A DNA stretch of 64,000 bases from Phycisphaerales bacterium (GCA_039683175.1 JBDKRX010000019.1:49423-113422), one strand, 5' to 3'. Positions 43,750-53,452 are shown, numbered from the stretch's first letter. Numbers and translations: made by a program. Notes: generated by a model from the letters alone, not told the origin.

Positions 43750-45621
43750 ATGATCCATTCTCTGCAAATCCACCGAATGGGACTGCTGGTGCTGTTGTTA
43801 TCGGGCCCGTGTCTCGCGGCCGGGCCTTTCTCCAACGAGGATCGTCGCCAGGCCTTCCTGCGGGCCCTGGAAAAGGAGGATGAAAGTTACGACTCGGCTG
43901 CGCGAATGCTCTGGGCCGAATTCTCCTCGCCGGGTTATCACACGACACTCCAGGGCGGCGTCGTTCACCGCACCCGTGAGAGCCTCAAGTACGCCGTAGC
44001 CCTGCTCGACAGCGGGGACACGGCCCGACTCCAGCGGGCCGCCGCGATCCTGAACCGCGTCATCGCCCTGCAGGATCAGGACCCGGGCAGTCGGACCTAT
44101 GGGATCTGGCCGTGGTTCCTCGAAGAACCGCTCGACAGGATGTCGCCGCCCGACTGGAACTGGGCCGACTTCTGCGGCGTGCAACTGCTCCAGGTTGCCA
44201 TCGACCACATGAACCGCCTGCCGCCGGAGCTGCAACAGAAGGTCAAGGATTCGATCCTGCACGCGGCCCGCTCCATCCAGCGGCGGGACGTCGGCCCGGC
44301 GTATACGAATATCGCCCTGATGGGCACCTACGTTACGCTCGTCGCCGGCGAGCGTTTCAGCCTGCGCGACCTGTCTGATTACGGCCGCCAGCGCCTCCGC
44401 CGATTCTACGAGTATACGCGGGAAAAGGGTTCATTCACCGAGTACAACAGTCCGACCTACACCTGCGTGGCCATCGAGGAAATCTCCCGTATGATCGAGC
44501 ATGTCCGAGACCATGAGTCGCAGACCGTGCTCACGGAGTTGAACCAATTCGCCTGGCAGCACGTGGCCCGGCGGTTCCACCCATCGACCAGGCAGTGGGC
44601 GGGCCCGCACAGCCGGTCCTACTCCACGCTTTTGCCCGAGGGGACGCTGGCTTTCATCGAGCGCGCCACGAGCAACAAGGTCGCGTTTATGCCTCCGACC
44701 ACGGCGTGGGAGAGTCTCGACGCCCAGCGCCTCAGCGTCCAATGCCCCAATGATCTCGAAACCTACTTCACGACCCTTGATATACCCCGCATAGAAACCG
44801 AGGCGTTCGTCGTCAGCGACGGTCAGGAACACGACCTCGTGGGCACGACGTATCTCCACCCGGAATTCACCCTGGGCAGCGTCAACATCAGCGATCTGTG
44901 GAACCAGCGCCGGCCGCTGGTCGCCTACTGGCGAACGCCCGCCGGAGCGGTCGCGGCGCGTGTTCGTTTCCTGCACAACGACTACGACTACGCCTGTGCG
45001 AGTCTGTTCACCGTTCAGGATGCAGCCGACGCCCTGGGCGCGGTCCTGTTCGCCACCGACCGCGGCGACACCCACATCTCGCTCGACAAGATCGCCAACG
45101 CCGCCATCCGGGCGAAAGACCTGCGTCTGCGTCTGGAGTTCGAGGGCGCCGTCGCCGGCGTGAAGCTGCCCGAGAAACTGGAGCTGGATGAGCCCCTCCG
45201 CTTCACATCGGGCTTGATCGAGGGTGTATTCACCGTTCATTCCGTCGATTTCGACGGGTTGCCCTCGCGGTTCGAATCCCAGCGGCAATCGGAGCGAGCC
45301 TGGATCGATCTGGTGCTCTATCACGGCGCGGAGCGCTCGTTCAACTTCAACGAGATCCGCGAGGCCGCCATTGTTTTTACCCTCTCCATCACCCCGTCCG
45401 CGACGGCTTTCGGGACGACAGAACCTTCGGTCTATTCGAGTGTCGCCAAGGAGCTGACGGTCGCGAACATCGATTCGCCGCGACGGACGTGGCACTTTCA
45501 GAGGACGAACAGTCAGATGCTGTCTCTCACGATCCCCATCCGGCCGTTGCCGACCGCCCAGCAGAAGGCCGCCTGCTCCGCCAAGGCCGGCGAGATCGAT
45601 CCGTGGAAATTCTCCATGTGA
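43750..45621 (+). CDS. secreted protein of unknown function (helical-repeat N-terminal half, beta-rich C-terminal half)
   Basis: AAGGAG RBS and signal peptide (MGLLVLLLSGPCLAAGP). High GC3. No motif I can assign to a named family. Confidence 0.6.
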   Translation: MIHSLQIHRMGLLVLLLSGPCLAAGPFSNEDRRQAFLRALEKEDESYDSAARMLWAEFSSPGYHTTLQGGVVHRTRESLKYAVALLDSGDTARLQRAAAILNRVIALQDQDPGSRTYGIWPWFLEEPLDRMSPPDWNWADFCGVQLLQVAIDHMNRLPPELQQKVKDSILHAARSIQRRDVGPAYTNIALMGTYVTLVAGERFSLRDLSDYGRQRLRRFYEYTREKGSFTEYNSPTYTCVAIEEISRMIEHVRDHESQTVLTELNQFAWQHVARRFHPSTRQWAGPHSRSYSTLLPEGTLAFIERATSNKVAFMPPTTAWESLDAQRLSVQCPNDLETYFTTLDIPRIETEAFVVSDGQEHDLVGTTYLHPEFTLGSVNISDLWNQRRPLVAYWRTPAGAVAARVRFLHNDYDYACASLFTVQDAADALGAVLFATDRGDTHISLDKIANAAIRAKDLRLRLEFEGAVAGVKLPEKLELDEPLRFTSGLIEGVFTVHSVDFDGLPSRFESQRQSERAWIDLVLYHGAERSFNFNEIREAAIVFTLSITPSATAFGTTEPSVYSSVAKELTVANIDSPRRTWHFQRTNSQMLSLTIPIRPLPTAQQKAACSAKAGEIDPWKFSM

Positions 45622-45740
45622 CGGCGCCGAGGTCCCCTCTGTCACGGGAGTCCTCGTCGGCAGACAACTCGTGCATCAGCGACCCACCGGTTTCGCTTTG
45701 TTCAGCATGACGGTTTATGCATGGATTTCTCGAAAAAGTC

Positions 45741-45768
45741 TTGCATTCTTTCTGCCGATACGTATACT
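45741..45768 (+). promoter_or_regulatory. sigma70-like promoter candidate upstream of the leu cluster
   Basis: TTGCAT, 16-nt spacer, TATACT, in an AT-richer stretch. Confidence 0.35.
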
Positions 45769-45778
45769 TGTGCTAATC

Positions 45779-45856
45779 ATGGATAGTAGACGCACAATTC
45801 GTCACCTCCACATCGACGGCCTGATCGGCCGGCTCGCCCTGATCCTGCGCCGCTAA
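45779..45856 (+). CDS. candidate Leu/Ile-rich leader peptide (25 aa)
   Basis: MDSRRTIRHLHIDGLIGRLALILRR has 5 Leu and 4 Ile in 25 residues. It lies 165 nt upstream of leuA and starts only about 11 nt after the putative -10, with no clear RBS. Confidence 0.2.
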   Translation: MDSRRTIRHLHIDGLIGRLALILRR

Positions 45857-45954
45857 GGCGCAAAAACGAAAAGTACCACAACCCGTTCTCATTCCACCAC
45901 TTACGTAAAACCGTAGCGTTCTGAGCGTCTTTACGGCATAATAGCCCGCTACGA

Positions 45955-46010
45955 TGTGGCACGGGCATTTCGCCCGTGATCCCGAATCCATGGGCGTCGC
46001 CCATGCTACT
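45955..46010 (+). repeat. twin stem-loop module CACGGGCA-CGCCCGTG / CATGGGCG-GCCCATG-CTACT, copy 2
   Basis: Same two hairpins, order and GCTACT tail as 12296-12353. Ends about 14 nt before the leuA ATG. Confidence 0.75.
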
Positions 46011-46023
46011 TGGAGAGCCAACG

Positions 46024-47589
46024 ATGTCAGGTGAAAAAGTATTGATTTTCGATACCACGCTCCGTGACGGCGAGCAGTCGCCCGGGGCGGCCATGTCGAT
46101 CCCGCAGAAGCTCGAGATTGCGCGGCAATTGGCCGTGCTCGGAGTCGATATCATCGAAGCGGGCTTCCCGATCTCCTCGCCCGCGCAGTTCGAGGCGACG
46201 AAGCTCGTCGCCGAGCAGGTGAAGGGCCCCACAATCGCGGCGCTGGCCCGCGCCAACGCCCTCGATATCGAGTCGGCGGGCAAGGCGATTGCCCCTGCCA
46301 AGAAGAAGCGAATCCACACGTTCATCGCGACCTCGCCGATCCACATGAAGCACAAGCTCAAGAAGGAGCCCGACCAGGTTCTGAAGATGGCGGTCGAGGC
46401 GATCCGGTGCGCGAAGGCTTTCACGAACGATATCGAGTTCTCGCCGGAGGATGCCTGCCGGAGCGAGATCCCGTTCCTCATGGAGGTCCTGGCGGCGGTG
46501 ATCGAGGCCGGCGCGACCACGCTGAACATCCCCGACACGGTTGGCTATGTGTTGCCCTATGAGTACGGGCAACTCATCGCAAAACTCAAGAGCGACGTCG
46601 CGGGCATCGACAAGTGCGTCATCAGCACCCACTGCCACAACGATCTGGGCATGGCGGTCGCAAACTCTCTGGCCGGCGTCCGCAACGGCGCCCGCCAGGT
46701 CGAGTGCACCGTCAACGGGCTCGGCGAGCGGGCGGGCAACGCCGCGATGGAAGAGGTCGTCATGGCGATCCGCACCCGCCAGGACTTCTTCAGCCAGGGA
46801 GGCGCGGACGGTTTGTCCACGAACATCAACACGAAGGAGATCTTCCGGACGAGCCAGCTCGTCTCGCAGCTCACGGGTTTTGTGATCCAGCCCAACAAGG
46901 CGATCGTCGGCGCCAACGCCTTCGCGCACGAGTCGGGCATCCACGTGGACGGCATCCTCAAGGAACGGACGACGTACGAGATCATGACGCCGGAGACGAT
47001 TGGCTTGGGCGGTTCGCGAATGGTGCTCGGTCGTCACACCGGCCGCCACGGCTTCGCCGACCGCTGCAAGCAACTCGGCTACAAGCTCACGAAGGACGAG
47101 CTCGAGCAGGCCTACCAGCGATTCCTGGTGATCGCCGACAAGAAGAAGGAGATCTTCGACGAGGACGTGGCAGCCCTCGTCAACGACGAGATCCGCGTGG
47201 TCGAACAAACGTATGTGCTCGATTACCTGCACGTCGCGTCGGGCACCGGAACGCTGCCGACGGCCAGTGTGAAGATGCGCGTCAAGGGCGAGACGAAGAT
47301 CGCTGTCGCATTCGGCGACGGGCCGGTCGACGCCGCCTACGAGGCGATTCGCCAGGCGATGAACCTGCGGCCCAAGCTCGAAGAGTACTCGATCCGCGCC
47401 ATTACGGCGGGCACCGAGGCCCTGGGCGAGGCGACGGTCCGCATTCGCGAGGACGGCCGGGCCTTCATCGGCCGGGGCGTCTCGACGGACATCATCGAGG
47501 CCAGCGCCAAGGCCTACGTGGACGCGGTCAACCGCATGGTCGCGGCCCAGGCGACGTCGGAACAGACGCAAGTGAACGGACAACCATAG
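46024..47589 (+). CDS. leuA: 2-isopropylmalate synthase
   Basis: IFDTTLRDGEQSPG, HCHNDLGMAVANSLAG, and a C-terminal LeuA allosteric domain. ATG at 46024. Confidence 0.9.
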   Translation: MSGEKVLIFDTTLRDGEQSPGAAMSIPQKLEIARQLAVLGVDIIEAGFPISSPAQFEATKLVAEQVKGPTIAALARANALDIESAGKAIAPAKKKRIHTFIATSPIHMKHKLKKEPDQVLKMAVEAIRCAKAFTNDIEFSPEDACRSEIPFLMEVLAAVIEAGATTLNIPDTVGYVLPYEYGQLIAKLKSDVAGIDKCVISTHCHNDLGMAVANSLAGVRNGARQVECTVNGLGERAGNAAMEEVVMAIRTRQDFFSQGGADGLSTNINTKEIFRTSQLVSQLTGFVIQPNKAIVGANAFAHESGIHVDGILKERTTYEIMTPETIGLGGSRMVLGRHTGRHGFADRCKQLGYKLTKDELEQAYQRFLVIADKKKEIFDEDVAALVNDEIRVVEQTYVLDYLHVASGTGTLPTASVKMRVKGETKIAVAFGDGPVDAAYEAIRQAMNLRPKLEEYSIRAITAGTEALGEATVRIREDGRAFIGRGVSTDIIEASAKAYVDAVNRMVAAQATSEQTQVNGQP

Positions 47590-47602
47590 CCGCCTGGGAG
47601 GC

Positions 47603-47777
47603 GGAAATACGAATACCGAAATCCGAAATTCGAAACAAGCACGAATGACCGAAATCTAAAATTCAAAACAACATGATATAGAGGACCGCGAGCATGCGTT
47701 CGCACAGAGTGTTTCGGTCATTTGGGTTTCGAGTTTTGGATTTGTTTCGGATTTCGAGATTCGGATTTCGGATTTTC
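47603..47777. repeat. heptad-periodic palindromic intergenic element, copy D (inverted relative to A-C; contains a gene remnant)
   Basis: Left arm CGAAATCCGAAATTCGAAACAAGCACGAATGACCGAAATCTAAAATTCAAAACAAC. 40-nt centre homologous to the 5' end of the four-helix-bundle ORF in copy E. Right arm GTTTCGGTCATTTGGGTTTCGAGTTTTGGATTTGTTTCGGATTTCGAGATTCGGATTTCGG. Confidence 0.9.
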
Positions 47778-47817
47778 TCAAGAATCAAGGTGTCTGAGAA
47801 CTGACAAGGGACTAACG

Positions 47818-49080
<1,263 letters not shown>

Positions 49081-49553
49081 AAAAATCCGAATATCAAAAT
49101 ACGAAATTCGAAACAAACTCGAATGACAGAAAACGAAAATCCCAAACAGTATGATCTGGAGGATCGGACGTTTGCCTTCGCACGGGATGTGCGCGAGTTT
49201 GTGAAAGGGTTGAAACGGACGATGGCCAACGTCGAGGATGGCAAGCAGCTCATCAGGGCGTCCGGCTCTGTCGGGGCCAACTACATTGAGGCAAACGAGG
49301 CCTTGAGCAAGAAGGATTTCCTGATGCGGGTCAGGATATGCAGAAAGGAATCGAAGGAAAGTCGGTACTGGCTCAGGCTTGTTGATGCCTGCGACGATCA
49401 GAAGCAGGAAGTCCGAAGGCAGGGGTTGATCCAAGAAGCCACGGAGTTGATGAGTATCTTCGGCGCGATTGTGCGCAAGAGCGAATAGCGTTTCGGTCAT
49501 TTGGGTTTTGAGTTTTGGATTTGTTTCGGATTTCGAAATTCGGATTTCGAGTT
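49081..49553 (+). mobile_element. palindromic element copy E carrying a four-helix-bundle gene (putative IVS-like or mobile cassette)
   Basis: Left arm 49081-49130 (AAAAATCCGAATATCAAAATACGAAATTCGAAACAAACTCGAATGACAGAAAACG). Right arm 49489-49553 (GCGTTTCGGTCATTTGGGTTTTGAGTTTTGGATTTGTTTCGGATTTCGAAATTCGGATTTCGAG). The arms match copy D. Mobility is inferred, not shown. Confidence 0.45.
49123..49488 (+). CDS. four-helix-bundle protein (TIGR02436 / 23S rRNA intervening-sequence protein / Avd family)
   Basis: 121 aa. Family-typical LEDRTFAFARDV...GSVGANYIEANEALSKKDF..RICRKESKESRYWLRLV. The start codon lies inside the left arm and the stop abuts the right arm. Confidence 0.8.
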   Translation: MTENENPKQYDLEDRTFAFARDVREFVKGLKRTMANVEDGKQLIRASGSVGANYIEANEALSKKDFLMRVRICRKESKESRYWLRLVDACDDQKQEVRRQGLIQEATELMSIFGAIVRKSE

Positions 49554-49575
49554 TAAGCGTTTTTGTGAGGATGTT

Positions 49576-50061
49576 ATGGCAAAGGCACATGTGTATAAGC
49601 GTGATCACATCAATACCGACGAGATCATCCCGGCTCGGTATTTGAATACGGACAACGAGGCCGAGTTGGCGAAGTACTGTCTGGAGGACCTGGACAAGGA
49701 CTTTGTGAAGAAAGCCAAGCCGGGCGATGTCATCGTCGCGGGGGATGACTTCGGCTGCGGATCCAGCCGGGAGCACGCGGTCTGGGCCATCCGCGGGGCC
49801 AAGGTGCAGACGGTCATCGCCAGGTCGTTCGCACGGATCTTCTACCGTAACGCGATCGACTGCGGGTTCTATCTGATCGAGTCGGCCGAGGCGGTGGACA
49901 AGATCAAGGATGGCGACGAGGTCGAGATCGACTACAACGCCGGCGTGATCCGGGACAAGACGAGCGGCAACCAGATCCAGTTCATGCCGCTGCCGGATTT
50001 TGCGCTCGAGATCATCCGCGACGGCGGACTGCTCAATCACATCATGAAAAAGACCGCGTGA
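49576..50061 (+). CDS. leuD: 3-isopropylmalate dehydratase small subunit
   Basis: [49 protein letters not shown] and ATG at 49576. Confidence 0.9.
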   Translation: MAKAHVYKRDHINTDEIIPARYLNTDNEAELAKYCLEDLDKDFVKKAKPGDVIVAGDDFGCGSSREHAVWAIRGAKVQTVIARSFARIFYRNAIDCGFYLIESAEAVDKIKDGDEVEIDYNAGVIRDKTSGNQIQFMPLPDFALEIIRDGGLLNHIMKKTA

Positions 50062-50081
50062 ATAGCGCACAGGCCGAGCCA

Positions 50082-51572
50082 ATGAACGCCAATTGCCTCC
50101 ACAGACGAGGGTTCCTCAAGGCCGCCGGGACAACGGCGATCCTGGGGTTCTGCGCCCGCGTTGGCCTCGATCAGGAAAAGAAGGCACGCCGCAAGCCGAA
50201 TTTCGTGTTCTTTCTGGTCGATGACCTCGGCTGGAGAGACCTGGGATGCTATGGAAGCACGTTTTACGAAACGCCCAACATCGACCGGCTTGCGGCGCAG
50301 GGCATGCGGTTCACGAGCGCCTACGCGGCCTGTCCCGTCTGCTCGCCGACGCGGGCCAGCATTGTGACGGGCAAATACCCCGCACGACTGCGGACGACCG
50401 ACTACTTCGGGGCCCCGCAGCCTGACACGGTGCAGAAGCACTGGACGAAGGACAAGCCTTTGTTGCCGGCACGCTACGATGACCGGTTGCCGCTTGAGGA
50501 AGTGACCGTCGCCGAAGCTCTCAAGGGGCACGGCTACGCCACGTTCTTCGCGGGCAAGTGGCACCTCGGACCGGAAGGGTTCTGGCCGGAGGACCAGGGC
50601 TTCGACATCAACAAGGGCGGCATCGAGCGCGGTGGCCCCTACGGCGGAAACAAGTACTTCTCGCCCTATGGGAACCCGCGGTTGCCCGATGGGCCGGTGG
50701 GAGAACACCTGCCCGACCGGCTGGCGACCGAGACGTGCGGATTCATCGAGGCCAATAGGAACCGCCCCTTCCTGGCGTATCTGGCGTTCTACTCCGTCCA
50801 TACCCCGCTGATGGCTCGCGAGGACCTCAAGGCCAAGTATGAAGAGAAAGCCAGGCAGGTGAAACACGATGGTCCGGCCTGGGGCAAGGAGGGCGACAGG
50901 CAAGTCCGGCTGGTGCAGGACCACGCCGTCTATGCAGGGATGGTCGAGGCGATGGACCAGGCTGTGGGCAAGGTGCTCGATATGCTGGACCGCCTGGACC
51001 TGGCGAAGGACACGGTCGTCTTCTTCATGTCGGACAACGGCGGCCTTTCGACCTCGGAAGGACATCCGACGTCCAACCTGCCCCTGCGGGCGGGCAAAGG
51101 CTGGCTCTACGAGGGCGGCATCCGCGAGCCGATGATCGTCCGCTGGCCCGGCGAGGTCCGCGCGGGCAGCGTCTGCGACGAGCCGGTCATCAGCACGGAT
51201 TTCTATCCGACGATGCTCGAGATGGCAGGCCTGCCGTTGAAACCGGAGCAGCACCTGGACGGCCGGAGTATGACGCCCCTGTTGAAGCAGCAGGGCAGGC
51301 AGGAAGGTCATGCGTTCTTCTGGCACTACCCGCACTACGGCAACCAGGGCGGCTCGCCCGGCGGGGCGGTCCGCGTGGGCGACTTCAAGCTGATAGAGTT
51401 CTATGAGGACAACCGCGTCGAACTGTATAATCTTCGCGACGATCTCGGGGAACGGAACGACCTGGCGGTGAAGATGCCGGACAAGGCCGCCGAACTGCGC
51501 CGGATGCTGCATGAGTGGCGTGTAAAGGTCGGGGCCCGGATGCCAACGCCAAACCCGAACCGGAAGGGATGA
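50082..51572 (+). CDS. Tat-exported sulfatase (arylsulfatase A family)
   Basis: Twin-arginine signal HRRGFLKAAG. FFLVDDLG and the formylglycine motif CPVCSPTRASIVTG. SDNGG and GKGWLYEGGIREP. An in-frame GTG at 50058 overlaps the leuD stop. Confidence 0.9.
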   Translation: MNANCLHRRGFLKAAGTTAILGFCARVGLDQEKKARRKPNFVFFLVDDLGWRDLGCYGSTFYETPNIDRLAAQGMRFTSAYAACPVCSPTRASIVTGKYPARLRTTDYFGAPQPDTVQKHWTKDKPLLPARYDDRLPLEEVTVAEALKGHGYATFFAGKWHLGPEGFWPEDQGFDINKGGIERGGPYGGNKYFSPYGNPRLPDGPVGEHLPDRLATETCGFIEANRNRPFLAYLAFYSVHTPLMAREDLKAKYEEKARQVKHDGPAWGKEGDRQVRLVQDHAVYAGMVEAMDQAVGKVLDMLDRLDLAKDTVVFFMSDNGGLSTSEGHPTSNLPLRAGKGWLYEGGIREPMIVRWPGEVRAGSVCDEPVISTDFYPTMLEMAGLPLKPEQHLDGRSMTPLLKQQGRQEGHAFFWHYPHYGNQGGSPGGAVRVGDFKLIEFYEDNRVELYNLRDDLGERNDLAVKMPDKAAELRRMLHEWRVKVGARMPTPNPNRKG

Positions 51573-51581
51573 CCTGTAGCT

Positions 51582-51953
51582 ATGGCAAGCACAAGGCAAA
51601 AGGGACTGAAGTATCTGAACGGTTTTGCGGGGTCGCCGCGACCGGTCTGTATCGCGATATCAAGGTTCTTTCCGCCCGCGCAGTCCTGGACCGGCAGGGC
51701 GGCTTGGTGGTTTGATCTACCCATCGACAAGATAGAACGACTACCACACGAGGATTATTATCTCTTGGGGGAGTTGGAGCGAGGCGGGTACGTGAGGCTG
51801 AAAGTCTCAAACCAATTCCTCCTTGCGAATCGGGGACATTTCGTCACCAAGTACCAGCGCCGGATACGGCTTCATCTGGCGGCGTACCGTGAGAACTGGT
51901 TGGTAGATGAGAGATCACTTGATCGTGTGGACTTCTCGAAGTTTGAAGTGTGA
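51582..51953 (+). CDS. hypothetical protein (123 aa) in an AT-richer islet
   Basis: ORF followed by a hairpin. No recognisable motif. Composition differs from its neighbours. Confidence 0.4.
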   Translation: MASTRQKGLKYLNGFAGSPRPVCIAISRFFPPAQSWTGRAAWWFDLPIDKIERLPHEDYYLLGELERGGYVRLKVSNQFLLANRGHFVTKYQRRIRLHLAAYRENWLVDERSLDRVDFSKFEV

Positions 51954-51968
51954 TGGGAAGTCGGAATG

Positions 51969-52007
51969 CAGGCCCGAAGCGGGCCTGTGTGGGAAGTTTT
52001 TCGCTTT
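51969..52007 (+). terminator. weak intrinsic terminator candidate
   Basis: CAGGCCC-GAAGC-GGGCCTG, then a T-rich tract (GTTTTTCGCTTT) starting about 8 nt later. Confidence 0.35.
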
Positions 52008-52283
52008 AGGGCCTCCAGCGTGATACGCGAGCGGCTCGCTCGCTTGAGGGTGTGCGAAGCACCCTTGCTGCTGGTGGCTGCAATGCGATAAACTCCCGCC
52101 GCCCGGACGCGCAGCGGCCCTCGGGCCGAGGGCGGCGGAATCCGGATCGGTCCGTAGTCCGCCAGTCGTTCGTGGGTGTGTGGTCTTGCGAAATTCGGTG
52201 TTGGCCGAGCAAATGCGGTGTGCTCCGCACACCGTCTTCGATAACAGAATGTGAGAGAGTGACCAAGAAAGGAAAATCGTTCG

Positions 52284-53372
52284 ATGGCAAAGACGTACAA
52301 GATTGCAGTGATTCCCGGGGACGGGACCGGGCCGGAAGTGATTGCCGAGGCGGTCAAGGTGCTCAAGGCAGCGGCAGCCAAGTTCAAGTTCAAGGTGGAC
52401 CTGACGAATTTTGACTTCGGCGGCGAACGCTACAAGCGAACCGGTGAGACGCTGCCCGACAGCGCGGTCGAGGAGCTTCGCAAGTTCGACGACATTCTGC
52501 TCGGCGCAATCGGCCACCCGGACGTCGCGCCGGGGATTCTCGAAAAGGGCATCCTGCTGAAGGCGCGGTTCGAGCTGGATCAGTACATCAACCTGCGTCC
52601 GGTGAAGCTCTATCCCGGCGTCGAGACGCCGTTGAAGAACAAAGGGCCCGAGGACATCGATTTCGTCGTCGTCCGCGAGAACTCGGGCGATGCCTATACC
52701 GGCACCGGCGGCGTCACGATGAAGGGCACTGCCCACGAGGTCGCCGTGCAATCCTCGGTCTATTCGCGATTCCAGGTGGATCGCTGCCTGAAGTACGCCT
52801 TCGAGTACGCGAAGAAGCATGGCAAGAAGGCCCGCGGCCGGGGCGAGAAGAACACGCTGGCCCTGAGCGGCAAGACCAATGTCCTGACGTACATCTACGG
52901 CCTGTGGGAGCGAGCCTTCCATGAGATGGGTCAGGCCCAGTATCCGGATATCGCCCGCGAGTACTATCACGTCGATGCGACCACGATGTGGTTCGTGAAG
53001 AACCCCGAGTGGTTCGACGTGATCGTCACGGGCAACCTGTTCGGCGACATCATCACGGACCTCGGCGCCATGATCCAGGGCGGCATGGGCATCGCGGCCG
53101 GCGGCAACATCAACCCCGAAGGCGTCAGCATGTTCGAGCCCATCGGCGGCAGCGCCCCGAAGTATACCGGCAAGAACGTCATCAACCCGCTGGCGGCGAT
53201 TTGTGCCGCCGGAATGATGCTCGCCGATCTCGGCGAAGAGAAGGCGGCCAACGCCATCGAGCAGGCGGTCATGTACGTCACCGCCAACAAGATGAAGTCC
53301 CTCGCGGCCGGCAAAATGGGCTACTCGACCACCGAAGTCGGCGACCTCGTCGCGGCGAAGGTTGCAGAGTAG
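52284..53372 (+). CDS. leuB: 3-isopropylmalate dehydrogenase family (LeuB / tartrate dehydrogenase-like)
   Basis: KIAVIPGDGTGPEV, LGAIGHP, NLRP, VVRENSGD and NLFGDIITDLGA motifs. Confidence 0.8.
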   Translation: MAKTYKIAVIPGDGTGPEVIAEAVKVLKAAAAKFKFKVDLTNFDFGGERYKRTGETLPDSAVEELRKFDDILLGAIGHPDVAPGILEKGILLKARFELDQYINLRPVKLYPGVETPLKNKGPEDIDFVVVRENSGDAYTGTGGVTMKGTAHEVAVQSSVYSRFQVDRCLKYAFEYAKKHGKKARGRGEKNTLALSGKTNVLTYIYGLWERAFHEMGQAQYPDIAREYYHVDATTMWFVKNPEWFDVIVTGNLFGDIITDLGAMIQGGMGIAAGGNINPEGVSMFEPIGGSAPKYTGKNVINPLAAICAAGMMLADLGEEKAANAIEQAVMYVTANKMKSLAAGKMGYSTTEVGDLVAAKVAE

Positions 53373-53417
53373 CCGTACGAGAGAATCTATTCCGGGCGGC
53401 AGCTCGTTTGTCGTGAC

Positions 53418-53452
53418 CCCGTAGGGCGTTTCTTATGCCCTCACGGGCATAC
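53418..53452 (+). repeat. hairpin related to the CACGGGCAT module
   Basis: CCGTAGGGCGTTTCTTATGCCCTCACGGGCATAC, with AGGGC/GCCCT and ATGCCC/GGGCAT stems. Confidence 0.5.

Noticed and set aside
45671-45856. 61-codon ORF upstream of leuA taken as a whole.
   Set aside because: Its first 36 codons cover the AT-rich promoter-like region and have no RBS. Only the terminal 25-codon part was kept, as a low-confidence leader-peptide candidate.
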